A stretch of 64,000 nt of DNA from Gracilinanus agilis (taxonomy: Eukaryota), in assembly GCF_016433145.1 (NCBI RefSeq), contig NC_058134.1, forward strand, positions 217,837,979-217,901,978. Reading direction: 5' to 3'. Of this stretch, positions 50,450 to 62,713 are shown in pieces. Positions within the stretch are counted from its first letter, which is position 1, and every line of letters starts with the position of its first letter. The notes beneath the pieces were generated by a model. It saw only the letters and a program-made list of their open reading frames with translations, had not been told where the DNA came from and ran no database searches. Made by a program: the position numbers and the translations under genes.

Positions 50450-51300
50450 GATGAGTCATTTTCTGTTGGTGGGACCCGGTGCCTCCTCTGTGAAAGGAAG
50501 GGGTTCTGCCTGCTGCGGAAGCCGGGGTGCTGGATTTGGAGCAAGGAAGAGCCGGGGTTCTTTCTCTCAGCTGGCTCCCGAGCTTAGCAGCTGTCCCGAC
50601 ACTCATTGGGCCAGCTGGTGATCTCCCTGAGCCTCAGCTTCCCCGTTTGTAGGATAACAAACAATTTGCCTTGGGGACCTTAAAGGGCCACCCACAAAGG
50701 GGGGCTCGAGTCTCTGAGGCGTTTCTCCCCGGTAAACTCCCCTCAGCCCCGGGGGAGGGCGGGCTGAGGAGCGCCTGGCTCAGGGCACGCGGAGCTCCAT
50801 CCCTGGAGGGTAGTGGGCTGGGCTTGGGGCTGCTGGGGCAGAGACTGGCCAGCAGGGGTCACTGTTGACCCGCACAGGCCCCGCTCCCCGGGTCCCCTTC
50901 CCTCCCCCACCCTCTCCATCCCTCCTCCCGGTTCTTGGTTCAGAGCTGTGAGCTGGAGACACAGAGCCCGCAGCTATTGGCGCAGCTGGCCGGGGGCCGG
51001 GGGCGGGCTCGGCGGGCGAAAGGGGCGGGCTTTTCCCCAGACCCCATCCCTGTCAGAGCTGGGGGCTGTGTCCACCGCCCAGGCGCTGGAGGGGTGGGAG
51101 GCCAGAGACTGAGGTGGGGGGAGGCATCTCCCACGTGTGTGAAGTTGGGTGTCGAAGAGAGCACCGTGGGTGTGGCATGATCCTGGGATGGCCAGAGCCC
51201 ACCCAGGGCATCCCCCAGGGTCAGGTGGGGGCTTTGGACACCCCCAGGCTTGGGGGAAAAGGCCAAATTCTAAGGGTGTGGGCAGAAGCCGGCTTCTAGA
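50450..51300. promoter_or_regulatory. GC/CpG-rich promoter-like island between SSTR3 and C1QTNF6
   Basis: High GC with many CpG; GC boxes GGGGCGGG near 51000 and 51022; ATTGG near 50976; several CAGCTG E-boxes; CTCF-like CCAGCAGGGGTCAC at 50849-50862. Confidence 0.5.
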
Positions 51301-51769
51301 CCTGGCTTTGCCATTGACTTGAGATCCTGGAAAAGTCACTTCTCTAGGCTCTCGTTTCCCCCTCTCTTACATGAGGTATTAGCCCCGGAAGTCCTTTCTG
51401 TTAAGGGTATAGCAGAATGATTTGGAGTTAGAGGGTGTTCCTTGGACTCTTGCCATTAGTATTCACTTCCTGTGTGACCTTGGGAAAGTCACCTTCCCTC
51501 TCTAGCTTTCCTTTTCTTCATTTGTAAAATGTGGTCATTTGGACCCACTCATTTCCCGGATTCTTTTCAAGGGTAAAAGCCTAAGACTGAGCTCTGAGGC
51601 TGACCTTAGATAATAACCCAGAAAGGACAGGGCAGGGGGAGAGGGACAGATGGGCTTTTATTAGTCAAGAACCCTGGATTATTGTCCCCTTCTCCCCCCT
51701 TCCCTCATGCAAAACCTTCTTACTGACTGTCAGCAACTTTCTTCTTTTCTTCCAGGTACTCATGTGAGT

Positions 51770-51820
51770 GAGAGACAGAGACAGAGACAGACAGACAGAC
51801 ACAGAGAGGCAGAGACAGAA

Positions 51821-51862
<42 letters not shown>
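51770..51862. repeat. (GACA/GA)n microsatellite
   Basis: Direct reading. Confidence 0.95.
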
Positions 51863-51866
<4 letters not shown>

Positions 51867-53468
51867 AAGGACAGGCAAACAGGCTTTCCGTGGATGATAA
51901 GGGGAGCCCCCAATAGCCCTAGAAGCTGTCTGTAACTGACCTTCCTCCCCCAGGCCAAACAGGGTCTCTTCCCTCCCCTGGACCCTAAGCTGGAACTGGT
52001 TATGTAGGAGTTGTGGGGAGAGAGCAAGACAGACCACCACCTCCTGGCTCTCTGGGTAGGACAATGGAGGCTTTAATAGAAAGGGCCATTGTAAACTTTG
52101 GGTGCTGATGGTGCAGCCAAAGACCAGGCTAGGCCTGGCAGAGAGGGGAAAGGCAGAAAAAGGGAGGGGGAGCCGCTTCTCTGCAGCAAATACAGTCAGA
52201 GTAGGGCTGGAGGCCCAGACGGGCATTACATAAGAACTCCTGGTCCCAGCTGGTTTCAATCAGTCCTCTTCCCTCTTCCCTCTTTCCCTCCCTCCCTCTT
52301 CAGCCTCCTTTGTCTTCTCCAGTGCTAAAAAGGGTAGCGGAGGTTGAGGAGCTCAGCGGGAGGCCTTCACCCTAAGATCGTGGGTTGGGGGGAGGGTAGA
52401 AGAAGGAGTCAGGATTTCAGTGGGGAGGGACAATGTGATATGGTGGGGGGAAACCCAGATTTGGAGACTGGACTTGGAAAAACAAAGAGTCTGTGGCTCT
52501 GCTACTTAGAACCCATATGACCTTGAGCAAGTCCCTTTTCTGCTCTAAGCCTCAGTTTCCCTCCTCTGTAAAATGAGCTGAATGATCTCTATGCTTCCTC
52601 CCAGCTCCAGGTCATGACTCACAGTAGGGAAAAGGGCTCAAGCCTGTTCCAATCAATCTTCTGTGTACTCCAACCCAACTAGACTATTCCCTAAACTGGA
52701 ACTCAGCATTCGATCCCTACTTTTAAGCCCAAATGCCCTCCAGATCCATTTCCGCCTTTCAGTCCTTACCTTCATCCAGTCTCAGGTATTCCCTGATTCT
52801 TCCTTCTCCACAGTTGTCAAGATTCTCTCTTAGCTCAGAAATCTGGCATTTACTTAATCATAGATTCTGACTGTGAGCTAGAAGGGACTTCAGAGGTCAT
52901 CTCATCCAGCCCCTTGGTTTTACAGAGGAGGAAACTAAGCCTGGGGATGGGCAGCCTGATTTGCCATATATCATAGAGCCTGTAAACATCTCAGATGGGA
53001 GTTAAACCCAGGTTTCTCCAAAGAGGAGTTCAACATTCCATCTACCAATCCAGGCTGCTTCCCCTAGTTTATCCCCAAATGGAATGAGAGCCCAGGGAGG
53101 ACGGAATCTGAAGACCCCAGATAGAGAGCTGGACTAGACCTCCAGGGAGGAAAGCAAGTTCAACTCCCTCATTTTAGAGTTGAGGAAACTGGGACCCAAC
53201 AAGATTCAATGTCTGGTCACAAGAGTATCTCTGTTACCCAACAGAGTGCCTCATGCAGATGATAAATTAAGAGCTGCCAGGGATCTTATCTAATCCTACC
53301 TCCTTATATTATAGAGGAGACTCAGAGAGGAGCACAGGATCATAAAGACTAGCAGGGGCCTTCGAAGCCATCCAGTCTAACACTGCCATTTCACAGAAAA
53401 GAAAGCTAAGGCCAGAGAATGGAAAGGACTTGTCCAAGATCATGCAATAAGTAAGTAGCAGGAGCTAG

Positions 53469-55133
53469 ATTTGTTGAATGCCCATACTTTCCCCTGGAAG
53501 TTTTGATGGGTAGTTGATCCTTGGTTGTAGACCCGATTCTCTCTTTTTTTTGAATATCATATTCCAAGCCTTGTGGTCTTTTAGCATGGAGACTGTCAGA
53601 TCCTGTGTTAATCCTGAGTAATCCTGATTGGTGTTCCTTCATATCTGAATTGTCTCTTTCTGGCTTCTTGTAATATTTTTTCCTTACCTTGGAAACTCTT
53701 GAATTTGGAAATTATATTCCTGGGTGTTGAATTTTGAGGGTTTAGTGTAGAGGGTGATTTATGGATCCTTTCAATGTCTATTTTGCCTTCTTGTTGAAGA
53801 ACATCAGTTTTCTTGGATAATTTCTTGTAGTATGGTGTCCAAATTTCTGTTAATTTTTGATTTTTCAGGAAGAACAATGTCTCTTCTAGACCCGTTTTCT
53901 TGATCTGTCATTCTCTCAGTGAGATATTTCATGTTTCCTTCTATTTTGTCATTCTTTTGACTTTGCTTTATTAGTTCTTGCTGTCTTGTGAGATCATTGG
54001 CTTCTACTTGCCCAATTGGTCTTTAGAGACTGGTTTTCTGCTATAATCTTTTGATTTTCCTTTTCTATTTGGTCTATCCTGTTTTTCATGGTTTCCTGTT
54101 GTTTAATTTGGGTCTCCAATTTGCTTATCATTTTGTTTGATTTGGGGGCATCTTTCTCCAATTGGGAGTTTTTGTCTTTTAAACTGTTAATTTCCTTTTG
54201 AGCTATTTCCCACTTTTCTTGCCAGATCTCTTCATCTTTCTCAAGAACTCAGATTTGGACCCTTCGAGAGCTTGTGACCAATTTTCATTTTTTTGGGAAG
54301 GTTTGAATGTATTTACTTGTTTGTCCTCCTCAGCCATCTGTTCTGTGGTCTGGATTTTTTTCTGTGTAGAAGTTATCACGTGTTAATGTTTTTATCTTGT
54401 TCTTTCTGGTAGTTAATTCTTGGGCATTGCTTGCCATTATTATGCTGTTTTTTCCTTCTCAGTCAGAAGTCTGAGTGAGGTGGGCAGGCTCTCTGTGTAT
54501 AGAGCTGTGGGGCAGTTTTTGCCTGAGGTTACTTTAGGAGCCACAGTGCAGCGAGGCCCTTCTCAGCTCTATCCTCACACCCAAGATCTGCACTCTTTAG
54601 GCTCCTGGGGACTTAAGCCTAGCTGTTCTCAGGGGCAAGCCCCTGGTAGTCCCAGTCAGCTGCTAAGAACCCAGAAATTGCCCCTCACTTGCTCCTCTGC
54701 CCGAGGTACCCCCCTTGTGTCTCAGTGTGCTGCTTTCACCATCTGTGGACCCAAGTTCTGCGCTCTTTGACTTCCTGGGGTCTCAAGTCTTGCTGCTCTC
54801 AGAGGTATGTTCCTGGTGGTCCCAGTTAGCTGCCAAGAAGCTAGAGTTTGCCCCCCTCCACGCGCTCTAACTCTGGTGGGCTGCCTCTGACTCTGGTACT
54901 GTAGGTAGGGTGGGGGAGGGTTGATCAGCTTGCATTTTTTGATGAGAGCTATTTTATCCCCTTATAGCTTGGAAATGCCCAAATCCCACGTACCTTCGAT
55001 GCTACGCCCTATTGTGGGGTCCCTTCGTTCATCTGGATTCGGGTTTTTTGTCTTTTTGAGGTGTCATGTATGGGCTGGTGGTGAGGAGAGTTAAGCGCCC
55101 TCTTCTACTCTGTAGCCATCTTAACCCAGAAGT
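53469..55133 (-). mobile_element. L1 fragment: intact 5' end, 5' UTR and degenerate ORF1; no ORF2 or 3' UTR
   Basis: Minus-strand translation gives L1 ORF1p motifs (IDIERIHKSP, TPRNIISKF, KEKILQEAR, IRITQD, GLQPRINYP); 5' terminus ACTTCTGGGTTAAGATGGC with a YY1-like AAGATGGC. Confidence 0.9.
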
Positions 55134-56624
55134 GGTAAAATATCCAGAAGCCAAATTTGGATCCATGTTCTCTGATTTCAAAATCCTTCTTATTCTCCCC
55201 ACTCAGTGGGATGCCTAAATGTTAAGTTGAATTGAATTAATTTAGTTAGAGAAGTTACAGAGCTCTTTCAAACATCAGATTTTCTATTGATCTTGGCAAC
55301 AGCCCTGTGATGTAGTGGAAATGGAGGAGGGGAGTGGGGAATGTTTACTCCCATTTTCCAGATGGGACCCAGAGAGGAAAAAAAATCTCAACAGATCTCA
55401 CATGTTGAATTGGTGGCATATCTGAGACTAAAATCCTAGGCTCCTGGTTCCCAATTAGTGCCATCTCCATCACCTTCTGTTCACTAGAAGTGGGGGAACT
55501 ACTTAGGGATTAATAAATACAGCCCTGGGTGGGATAAACACCACGTAACTCCCTTCTTTGGCACTGGTGTTCTCTTGATAGAGATGTCCACACCTGGCTT
55601 CCACTCCTCCCAAGGAGCAAAGCCCACACCCCCAAAGGGCCCTTGGCTTACCTCCCTCCCTCCTTTTACCTTGAGGCTTTTGCTCTCAACAAGGAAGCAA
55701 CCTGGAACGCAGGAACAGCATGAACATTGGGATTGAAGAATCTCAATATTAATCCCAGTTTTGCATTTTAAACTCTGTGCAATTGGGCAAAACATTTAAA
55801 CTTTGGAGGCCTTGGTGTCTGCCTTCGTACAATGGTGGCATAGAAGTTGACATGCTTATTTACAGTTAGAGAACCTGAGAATGAATCCCATCTCTCTCTG
55901 TGTGTGACCTTGGGAAAGTCATCAGATGTCTCTGGATCTCAATTTATTCCTTTGACATATGAGGATTTAGGGGAGATGATACCACAGATTCTCAGAGTCA
56001 GAAGGGACCTCAAAAGGTGTCTAGACCAAAGCCCTACCTGATCAATGAGTCCGTCTTTGATATCCCTAACTTATGCTTGAAGAGTTTTAGGGAGAGGGAC
56101 CTCACTACCTCCTGTTAAAGATTTCAACAATTCTATCGATTGTTTGGAGAAGGGCATCCTTATTAGAGAAGTGCCTTAAACATTCGAATAATGCAAAGAA
56201 TACTGGGATGTTTAGATTGGAGAAGACTGGAGGTGGGGAGGTGGAGAGCAGGAGAGCTCTCTAAGTACCTTTAAGACTCCCAGATCTTTCTCTCCTTCTC
56301 TAAGACCTTTCTTCTCTCAGAGGTTCTTTTTGGTGTAATTTCTTTGTCCTATGCTCCCCTCCCAAGTCTCCTTCTTCCCCTACTGGTCCATTTCCCTATG
56401 CCAACCCCTTTAGTTCCCCAGTCCCTCCCCTTCCTGCATTTTTTCCCATATTTTCCATAAGAGTTTCCAGGAGAACTTGATGACCACAGGCTCCTGACCC
56501 AGACAGCATGGCCCCTGGGGACTTCAAAATCCCCATTCCCCCTCCCTGTGCCCCAGTGCTGCTGACTCAGCCTTTCAGGGGTAGTGGGTGTGGAGTGGAG
56601 GAGATGTCTCTTTCTCTATTCCCT

Positions 56625-56750
56625 CTTGCCATCCCCATCCCTATATCCTTCCCTGTCTCTATCTCCATCCTTAACTTCTTCCCTTTCCTCTTCCCCATCC
56701 CTATCCCCATCTCCATCTTCATCCCTGTCTCCCTCCCCATCCCTATCCTG
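56625..56750. repeat. Degenerate (CCCATC)n hexamer tract
   Basis: ccatccccatccctatcc units. Confidence 0.8.
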
Positions 56751-57139
56751 GAAGACTGGTCCAGTTCCAAGGTCTTGCAGAGGCTGCAACTGTGGACTTT
56801 CCCAGAAAGGCTGGGTATGAAGGTCATTCCTCAAGACTTCCCCATCCCTGTGCCAAGAAAATCCTCCTTAAACAGGGCATTTTTGCATGATGTGGGGGAG
56901 GGGGACTAGAAAGCATCTCAGAGAGAAGGACCATTACACAGATTCTTTCCTATACCCATATTTATTTGCATAGAATTCCCTGCATTAGAATGTAAACATC
57001 TTGAGAATTGTATTGGGCTTTGTGCCTTTTCCTGTATCCCTAAAGGTTAATGCAGAGTCTGGTACACAGTAAGTACCTAATTAATGCTTGAAGATAGATA
57101 GGACTTTAGACCTAGAAAAGGAACTTTAGAAATCATCTC

Positions 57140-57310
57140 TAGGGAGTCCTACTTTGGGGTCCATGAACTTGTTTTTAAAATATTTTGGTAACTTCCTAAG
57201 TACACCCACCTATTTTATTTAATGCATTTAAATAAAATGCATCTAAGCAGAGGTCCATAGACTTTACCACACTGAAAGGGGGACTGAAAATATTAAGAAA
57301 CCCTTATTTC
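57140..57310. mobile_element. Old repeat, probably DNA-transposon derived; related to 62105-62525
   Basis: Shares ggggtccatgaacttgtt..aaaat with the reverse complement of about 62495-62522. Confidence 0.4.
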
Positions 57311-57684
57311 TAGTCTACTTCTCTTGTTTTACAGTAGGGGAAACTGAGGCCAGAGGACTGAGGCAGAGAAGGGACTCTCCAAAGGTCACATAAATAACAA
57401 AGCCAGGATTCAAATTCAGTTTGTCTGACTCCAAATTTTGTGCCCTTCCCTTTCCCCCATGGCCTTTTCATTTTTCAGGACCTAAACTTCTACTAAAAAT
57501 AGCTGACAGGTTGGAGATCTGAGGGTAAAAGCAATGAAATTGCTTGACTGTAGGGCATAGCGTTTTTGGCAGAACCTGAGCTAGAGGGAATCCAGTGAGT
57601 TTTGTTGTTTGCCTTTTGTTCTGCTCAAAAGTACCAAGTGGGACATCAAGAGAAAGAATTGTCGGAGTGGAAATCCAGAAGAAA

Positions 57685-57925
57685 ACACATGATTTATCAC
57701 TTGTTTATATGATTTGGGGTTTTGGTTTTTAAAAGATTACTTTATTACAAATATGAATAATGTGGAAATAAGTTTTGAGTGATAATACACGTATAACCCA
57801 GTGGAATTGCTTGTCAGCTCCCCGAGGGGGGAGGGAAGAGGGGAGGGAGACAACATGGATCATGTAACCATGGAAAACAATAGTTTAAAATTAATTAATT
57901 AATTAATTAAGAGAATAAAAAAATA
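57685..57925 (+). mobile_element. L1 3' end fragment
   Basis: aacccagtggaattgcttgtcag, G-rich stretch and A/T-rich tail; TSD not identified. Confidence 0.8.
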
Positions 57926-58989
57926 AAGTTCCAAGTGGAAAAGGAAGATCCTGGGGTCTCTCAGCTTCCTACCAAATCAGGCCCTAGATGCAATTTCTTC
58001 TCTTTAAGTCTCTCCTCCTTACACACTTAAATCCCTGGTCTTCCCTGGGATCATCCTCATCTTTGCTCCCAGCCAGGAAATCCCAAGGGAAGGCTAGGTC
58101 ACTGGACTCTGCCGAAGGACAGTTTTGTGCCCTACTTCCCCTTCCTCCCTCCCCATATCTCCCCCGGTGAGACAGCCCTGTGCCTCCTCTCTTAGAAATG
58201 GGACACTCCCCACCACCAAGAATAATCAGATGCCCAGTTCACCTTCTCTATCGTTTCTATTCTCCCAGCCTTGGAACGTCTCGTGCTCCCTCATCTAGGA
58301 TAGCAACAGCTTAGGGACAGCTCTGGGTTCCTCTCCCAGCTTGGAGACAACCTTTCCTTCCTTCCCAGGGAGCCCTAACCCTTCCCACCTCCACTCCTGG
58401 CCACCCATGGAGAGCCTGTCCAGAGAGGGATACCTCAGAGAGCCCAGTTCATTGCCCCTCTTCCTAAGACTCCAGGAGGCCAGGGCCCCCGAGGGGGGAG
58501 GGAAGGGGGAGAGAGAAACCCCTCTCCCACTTTCCTTCTCATCCATAGCCCTCTGCAAAAAGAGGGCCCTGGAAAAGGCCAATTTCCCCCTCTCTCTGCC
58601 TGGTACCGCCTCTCCTTCAGCTACGTTTGATTCCTAAGGGACTTCCTTTGCCTCCAAAGACTTTCAAAGACTGTGAAACGCTTCCGACCTGAAGGAAGAC
58701 TGCTTCTAATGGTGGGGCTTCAGGCACCGTGATAGGCTGTGAGGGAGGTAGTTTCTCAGCCTCCCCCCAGCCCATCTACGGATCCTGGCCCGGAGGGCTG
58801 CTGCTCTGGGAGGGGGCAGTGGCTGCTGACGTGGCTTGAGCAGGAAGCCTGCTGTTTACAAGGGGATGGGGTTACCCACTGGAATTTTTCCACCCACATC
58901 TCTGTTCCCAAGGCCGAGTCCCACAAGTCATTGAAGGGTTAAATCTGGGAAATCTAACCCTCATTTTATCTGAGCCAAACCAGAGCAGG

Positions 58990-59209
58990 GCTGGGAGGAA
59001 GGAGGGGGGAGGGAGGGAGGGAGCGAGGAGGAGGAGGAGGAGGAGGAGGAGGAGGAGGAGGGGAAACCTGGGACCCAGCTCGGCCCCCTCCCTCCTGTCT
59101 TGGCCGGGTCCTGATGCCAGCAGACAGTTATTAGTACAGCGATGGGCCAGGGAGCCAGAGGCAACCGGCAGCCCCCAGCCTGACTAAGCTGCTCAGCCCA
59201 GCCTTCATG
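58990..59209 (+). other. C1QTNF6: Probable C1QTNF6 proximal promoter and exon 1 ending in ATG
   Basis: G-rich tract with (GAG)12 at 59025-59060; ATG at 59207-59209 immediately followed by GTGAGT donor. Splicing to 61169 gives in-frame M-V-T-M-A-T-A. Confidence 0.6.
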
Positions 59210-61168
59210 GTGAGTCATGAGAGGGGTGGGGGAAGGTGGGGAGCCCCCTCCCCTGGAGAGCCAACTGTGGAGGGAAGGGTGCAGCTCTCCCCCGCACTGG
59301 CTGACTTCCTACTGGAGGAGAGGCCCCTTCCTCCAAGGCTCTCTCTCCTGCACTCCATTCCCTCTTCTTTCTCCTCCTTTGCTAATTTCCCACTGGAGGC
59401 AAAAGACCTGGGTTCGAATCCTGACTCCACCACAGCTATGTGTGTGATCATGAGCAAATCAGTCCCTTGCTGGGCCTGGGTTTCCTCATCTGTTAGTTGA
59501 AGGCATTGGGCTAAGACCATCCCTGAAGTCTCTTTCTGCCTGGCATCCTCTGATTCTCCCTTCTCCTCCTCCTTTCCCCCACCAAAGGGGAGAAGCCTGG
59601 CCCATGATCCATCTCCCCTGCCAGTGCCTTGAGACCAACTGAGGGACCCCTTTCCCTCCCCCACCTCCCATGCTCCCCTTTCTCCCAGACCCTCATGTGC
59701 TGGCCAGATCTGACTCATCAGAAGCTCCAGCTGCAGAATAATGGGATGGGATGGGGGGTGGGGTATAGGTTGACTCCCTTAATTCCTTAAACACAGTCAG
59801 ACTCTTTTGTTGGGCAGCAGGGGGGGGGGTAGGATCTGAAGGGAGTCCCACATTCTTTCCCCTGACATTTTTGGTCCTTGGGGTGATCCAGCTTCCAAGA
59901 AAGCTTAGGAAGGGAGGGGAGGGCTTTTTCAGGCAACAGGGCATTTCCTTCCCTCTCTACTCCCCACAGGATAAAGACCCCACAAAGCTAGTCTCCCCAG
60001 GGCCCCTCTCCCCAAGGTAGGTCCTACAAGGAAGCGTCAGCATCACAGACCTGTCAGGCAGCCAATGAACGGCTTTGTTTCCTGCTCCCCTGTGTCTGCA
60101 GAAAGCTTGCCTCCCAGCCTAGCTCCCAGCTGGGATTCCAGGGACCAATGGGGAGAGAAGAGAGAAGATAGCAGAGGCCCAGTCCTAAAGGCAAAGGGTA
60201 GCTGTGTCCTGTCCTTGGCCTCTCACTTGGAGGAGGAAAGCCAGGGCTTTGTTGTGGAGTAAAGTGGGAACTCCTTCCCTGCTCTCACAACCTATTCCAT
60301 TTCTTTTTAATTCTTTGAGCCCGAGGCTGGCTGTCTCCAGGAGGTTCCTAGGAACATGGCCCAAATGGTTTCAAATTGGAAAAAGATGGGTGGGGGAACC
60401 TTGCAGATGAAATGATCCCTTCACTCTCTGGTTCTCTGTTCCATCCCTCTGACCCTGAATGGCTCCTCTGGCCCAGGCTGGAATCACAGGGGCTGGAGCC
60501 AGGAGGACCTTACAGATGGTTTCGTCCTAGCTATGCCTCCTCCCATCTGGAAAGCTAGCCCTGGCCCTGGCCTCCAGAGAGGGGGATGTTGACCTTGATT
60601 ACTTTGTTGCTTCTTGCTTTAGAAAGCTCAGCTTTGTGATAATCTATACTTTGCAGAATTTCCTGGAACCTTTTATTAAAAGAAGCCATTATAATGGCCA
60701 GGAGTGGGAATCAGGAACTAAAACAGGAGCAGGGAGGATGATGGTATGGGGGCAGGGCAGAGGGGACCCTTAAATCCTGGCATTCAGACAGCTGCCTCTT
60801 CTACTTATCCATGAAGCTGGTCCTGCACCCAAAGCCTGGTGGGATCTCTAGACTGAGTCAAGGTCTCTTCAGACAAGGGCTGATTGGTGTGGCTGTCATT
60901 AAACAACTCTCTGTTGTTCTAGAATTACAGAATAGAATTATAGAGACCACTGGACCGACCCAGAACTGAACAGGAATCTCTCTCATAACATCTCTAGCAA
61001 ATGGTTATCCTTCCTTGCCTGGAAACTTCCAGGGATGGGACCCATTTACCATTTGGACAGGTCCAGTTGATAGGAGAGAGATTAGAACCAGGGTCATTTC
61101 TGTCCCAGATGACAAGCCCATCTCCTTTCCCTTCCCTTGGGCCTCTGGTCCTCCTCTTCCTCATTCAG

Positions 61169-61403
61169 GTCACCATGGCGACAGCCTCCCTGACTCCCAG
61201 ATGGGCTGCCCTCTTGATTCCACTCTTGGTGCTTGGGATGCCCACTGAGGATCCCATACCTGAGACACCTTCTGGAGCCCCAGGGGGCTGCCAGCGATGC
61301 TGCCAAGGACCAGATTCCCAAGACTCTTCAGGATCCAGTCCATCTGCTGTCCCCTATGTTCTGCCCGAGGTGAGACCCTACATCAACATTACCATCCTGA
61401 AGG
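61169..61403 (+). CDS. C1QTNF6: C1q/TNF-related protein 6 (CTRP6) exon 2: signal peptide, GCQRCC motif, LPEVRPYINITILK
   Basis: Acceptor cattcag ends 61168; GTCACCATGG with ATG at 61175; VTMATASLTPRWAALLIPLL signal peptide; PEVRPYINITILKG diagnostic of CTRP6; donor GTGAGT at 61404. The collagen/C1q exon is not in the window. Confidence 0.95.
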
Positions 61404-62218
61404 GTGAGTGTCCAACATGCTGGTACCTGACTCTGCCCTCTGCTGGGGACCTGGGGAGCAGGTGGGTTGGGAGAATGGAGTCCCTTCTAGAAGCAGACAC
61501 GTCCAATGATTCAACAGACTCCATTTGGTGGGTAAACAGTGCCATATTGTTCCATAACCTTCTAGAGCCCCCTTTGGTGGTGTATATCATCCATCGGAGT
61601 TCTGGGCAAGCTTCCCAGAGTGCTATGTGCATTTCCAGCTATGTAGGAAGAGTAACTTTCCAATACGTTGAGTCAGCCCATTGGGAGCACAGGTCATTGG
61701 ACAATAGTTTTTAGAGTTGGAAGGGATCTTAGAAAACATTTAATCTAATCCTCTTATTTTAGTGATGAAGAAACTGAATCCCTGCCCCAGTACCTTCACG
61801 CTTTCCCCTTAAGTAGGACAAATTTCCCCAGAGCAGAATGGAGCATTTTCACAAGACCAAGCCGCTAAATGGATATTCAGGGGTCAATAGGCCATACTTC
61901 CCCCATCCAAAATGCCCCCTCCTCAAGTTCAGGTCACTTCTTCCTTCCATTACCTCTCTCTCCTTCGTACTACACATAGACTCTAGGCCTATTCAAGTTC
62001 TTATCTGGTGTCATTATGGGCTTAGGATGTCACCTCTCCCAGGATATCATAGTAGGGGTCTTTAGGACAAGACAAAGAGAGAAGAAAACCCTAGAGGATG
62101 GGTCCAGCACTTCTCCTCTGACAGTCAAGCTGATAAAGTCTTCAGACCCCTCCTCAAAATCATATTTTTTAAAATACAGAAATGAAATACATGGGATTAC
62201 AAAAGAAACCAGCTATTT

Positions 62219-62411
62219 AAAAAACCTTTATATTCTCTTAGAATCACTACTAAATATTATTTCCAAGGCAGAAGAGCAGTAAGGGTTGGACAATGGGGGT
62301 TAAGTGACTTGCCCAGTGTCCAAGAGCTAGGAAGTATCTGAGGCTAGATTTGAACCTAGGACCTCCTGTCTCTGGGCCTGGCTCTCTGTCCACTGAGCCA
62401 CCTAGCTGCCC
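62219..62411 (-). mobile_element. SINE1_Mdo-like SINE flanked by a 67-bp duplication
   Basis: Full SINE in reverse; direct repeats at 62152-62218 and 62412-62478. Confidence 0.88.
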
Positions 62412-62713
62412 CCTCAGAATCACATTTTTTAAAATACAAAAATGAAATAGATGGGATTACAAAGGAAGTCAACTATTTTCAAATATTGTGATAAAAAAAA
62501 TTTTAACAAGTTCATGGACCCCAGATATAGTCCAATCCTCCAGTTCTTAAGATTAGGAAACTGAGCTTCAGGGAGATGAAAGATAAATAGCCCACACCCC
62601 TCAGTCACACTGAGCTTAACAGTGAAGGGGTATGAAACTCAGGCTCTTTTGGATCCCAAGATAATGGTCTTTCCACTATTCCATGCTTAGTCTTAGTCTA
62701 GCCAGCAGTTTCT

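Noticed and set aside
52060-52095. Inverted SOX pair ACAATG ... CATTGT
   Set aside because: The 20-bp spacing does not fit dimeric SOX sites, and 6-mers occur by chance.
61001-61714. 237-aa ORF as a complete gene
   Set aside because: Only 61169-61403 is homologous to C1QTNF6 and bounded by splice sites; the rest is open intron.
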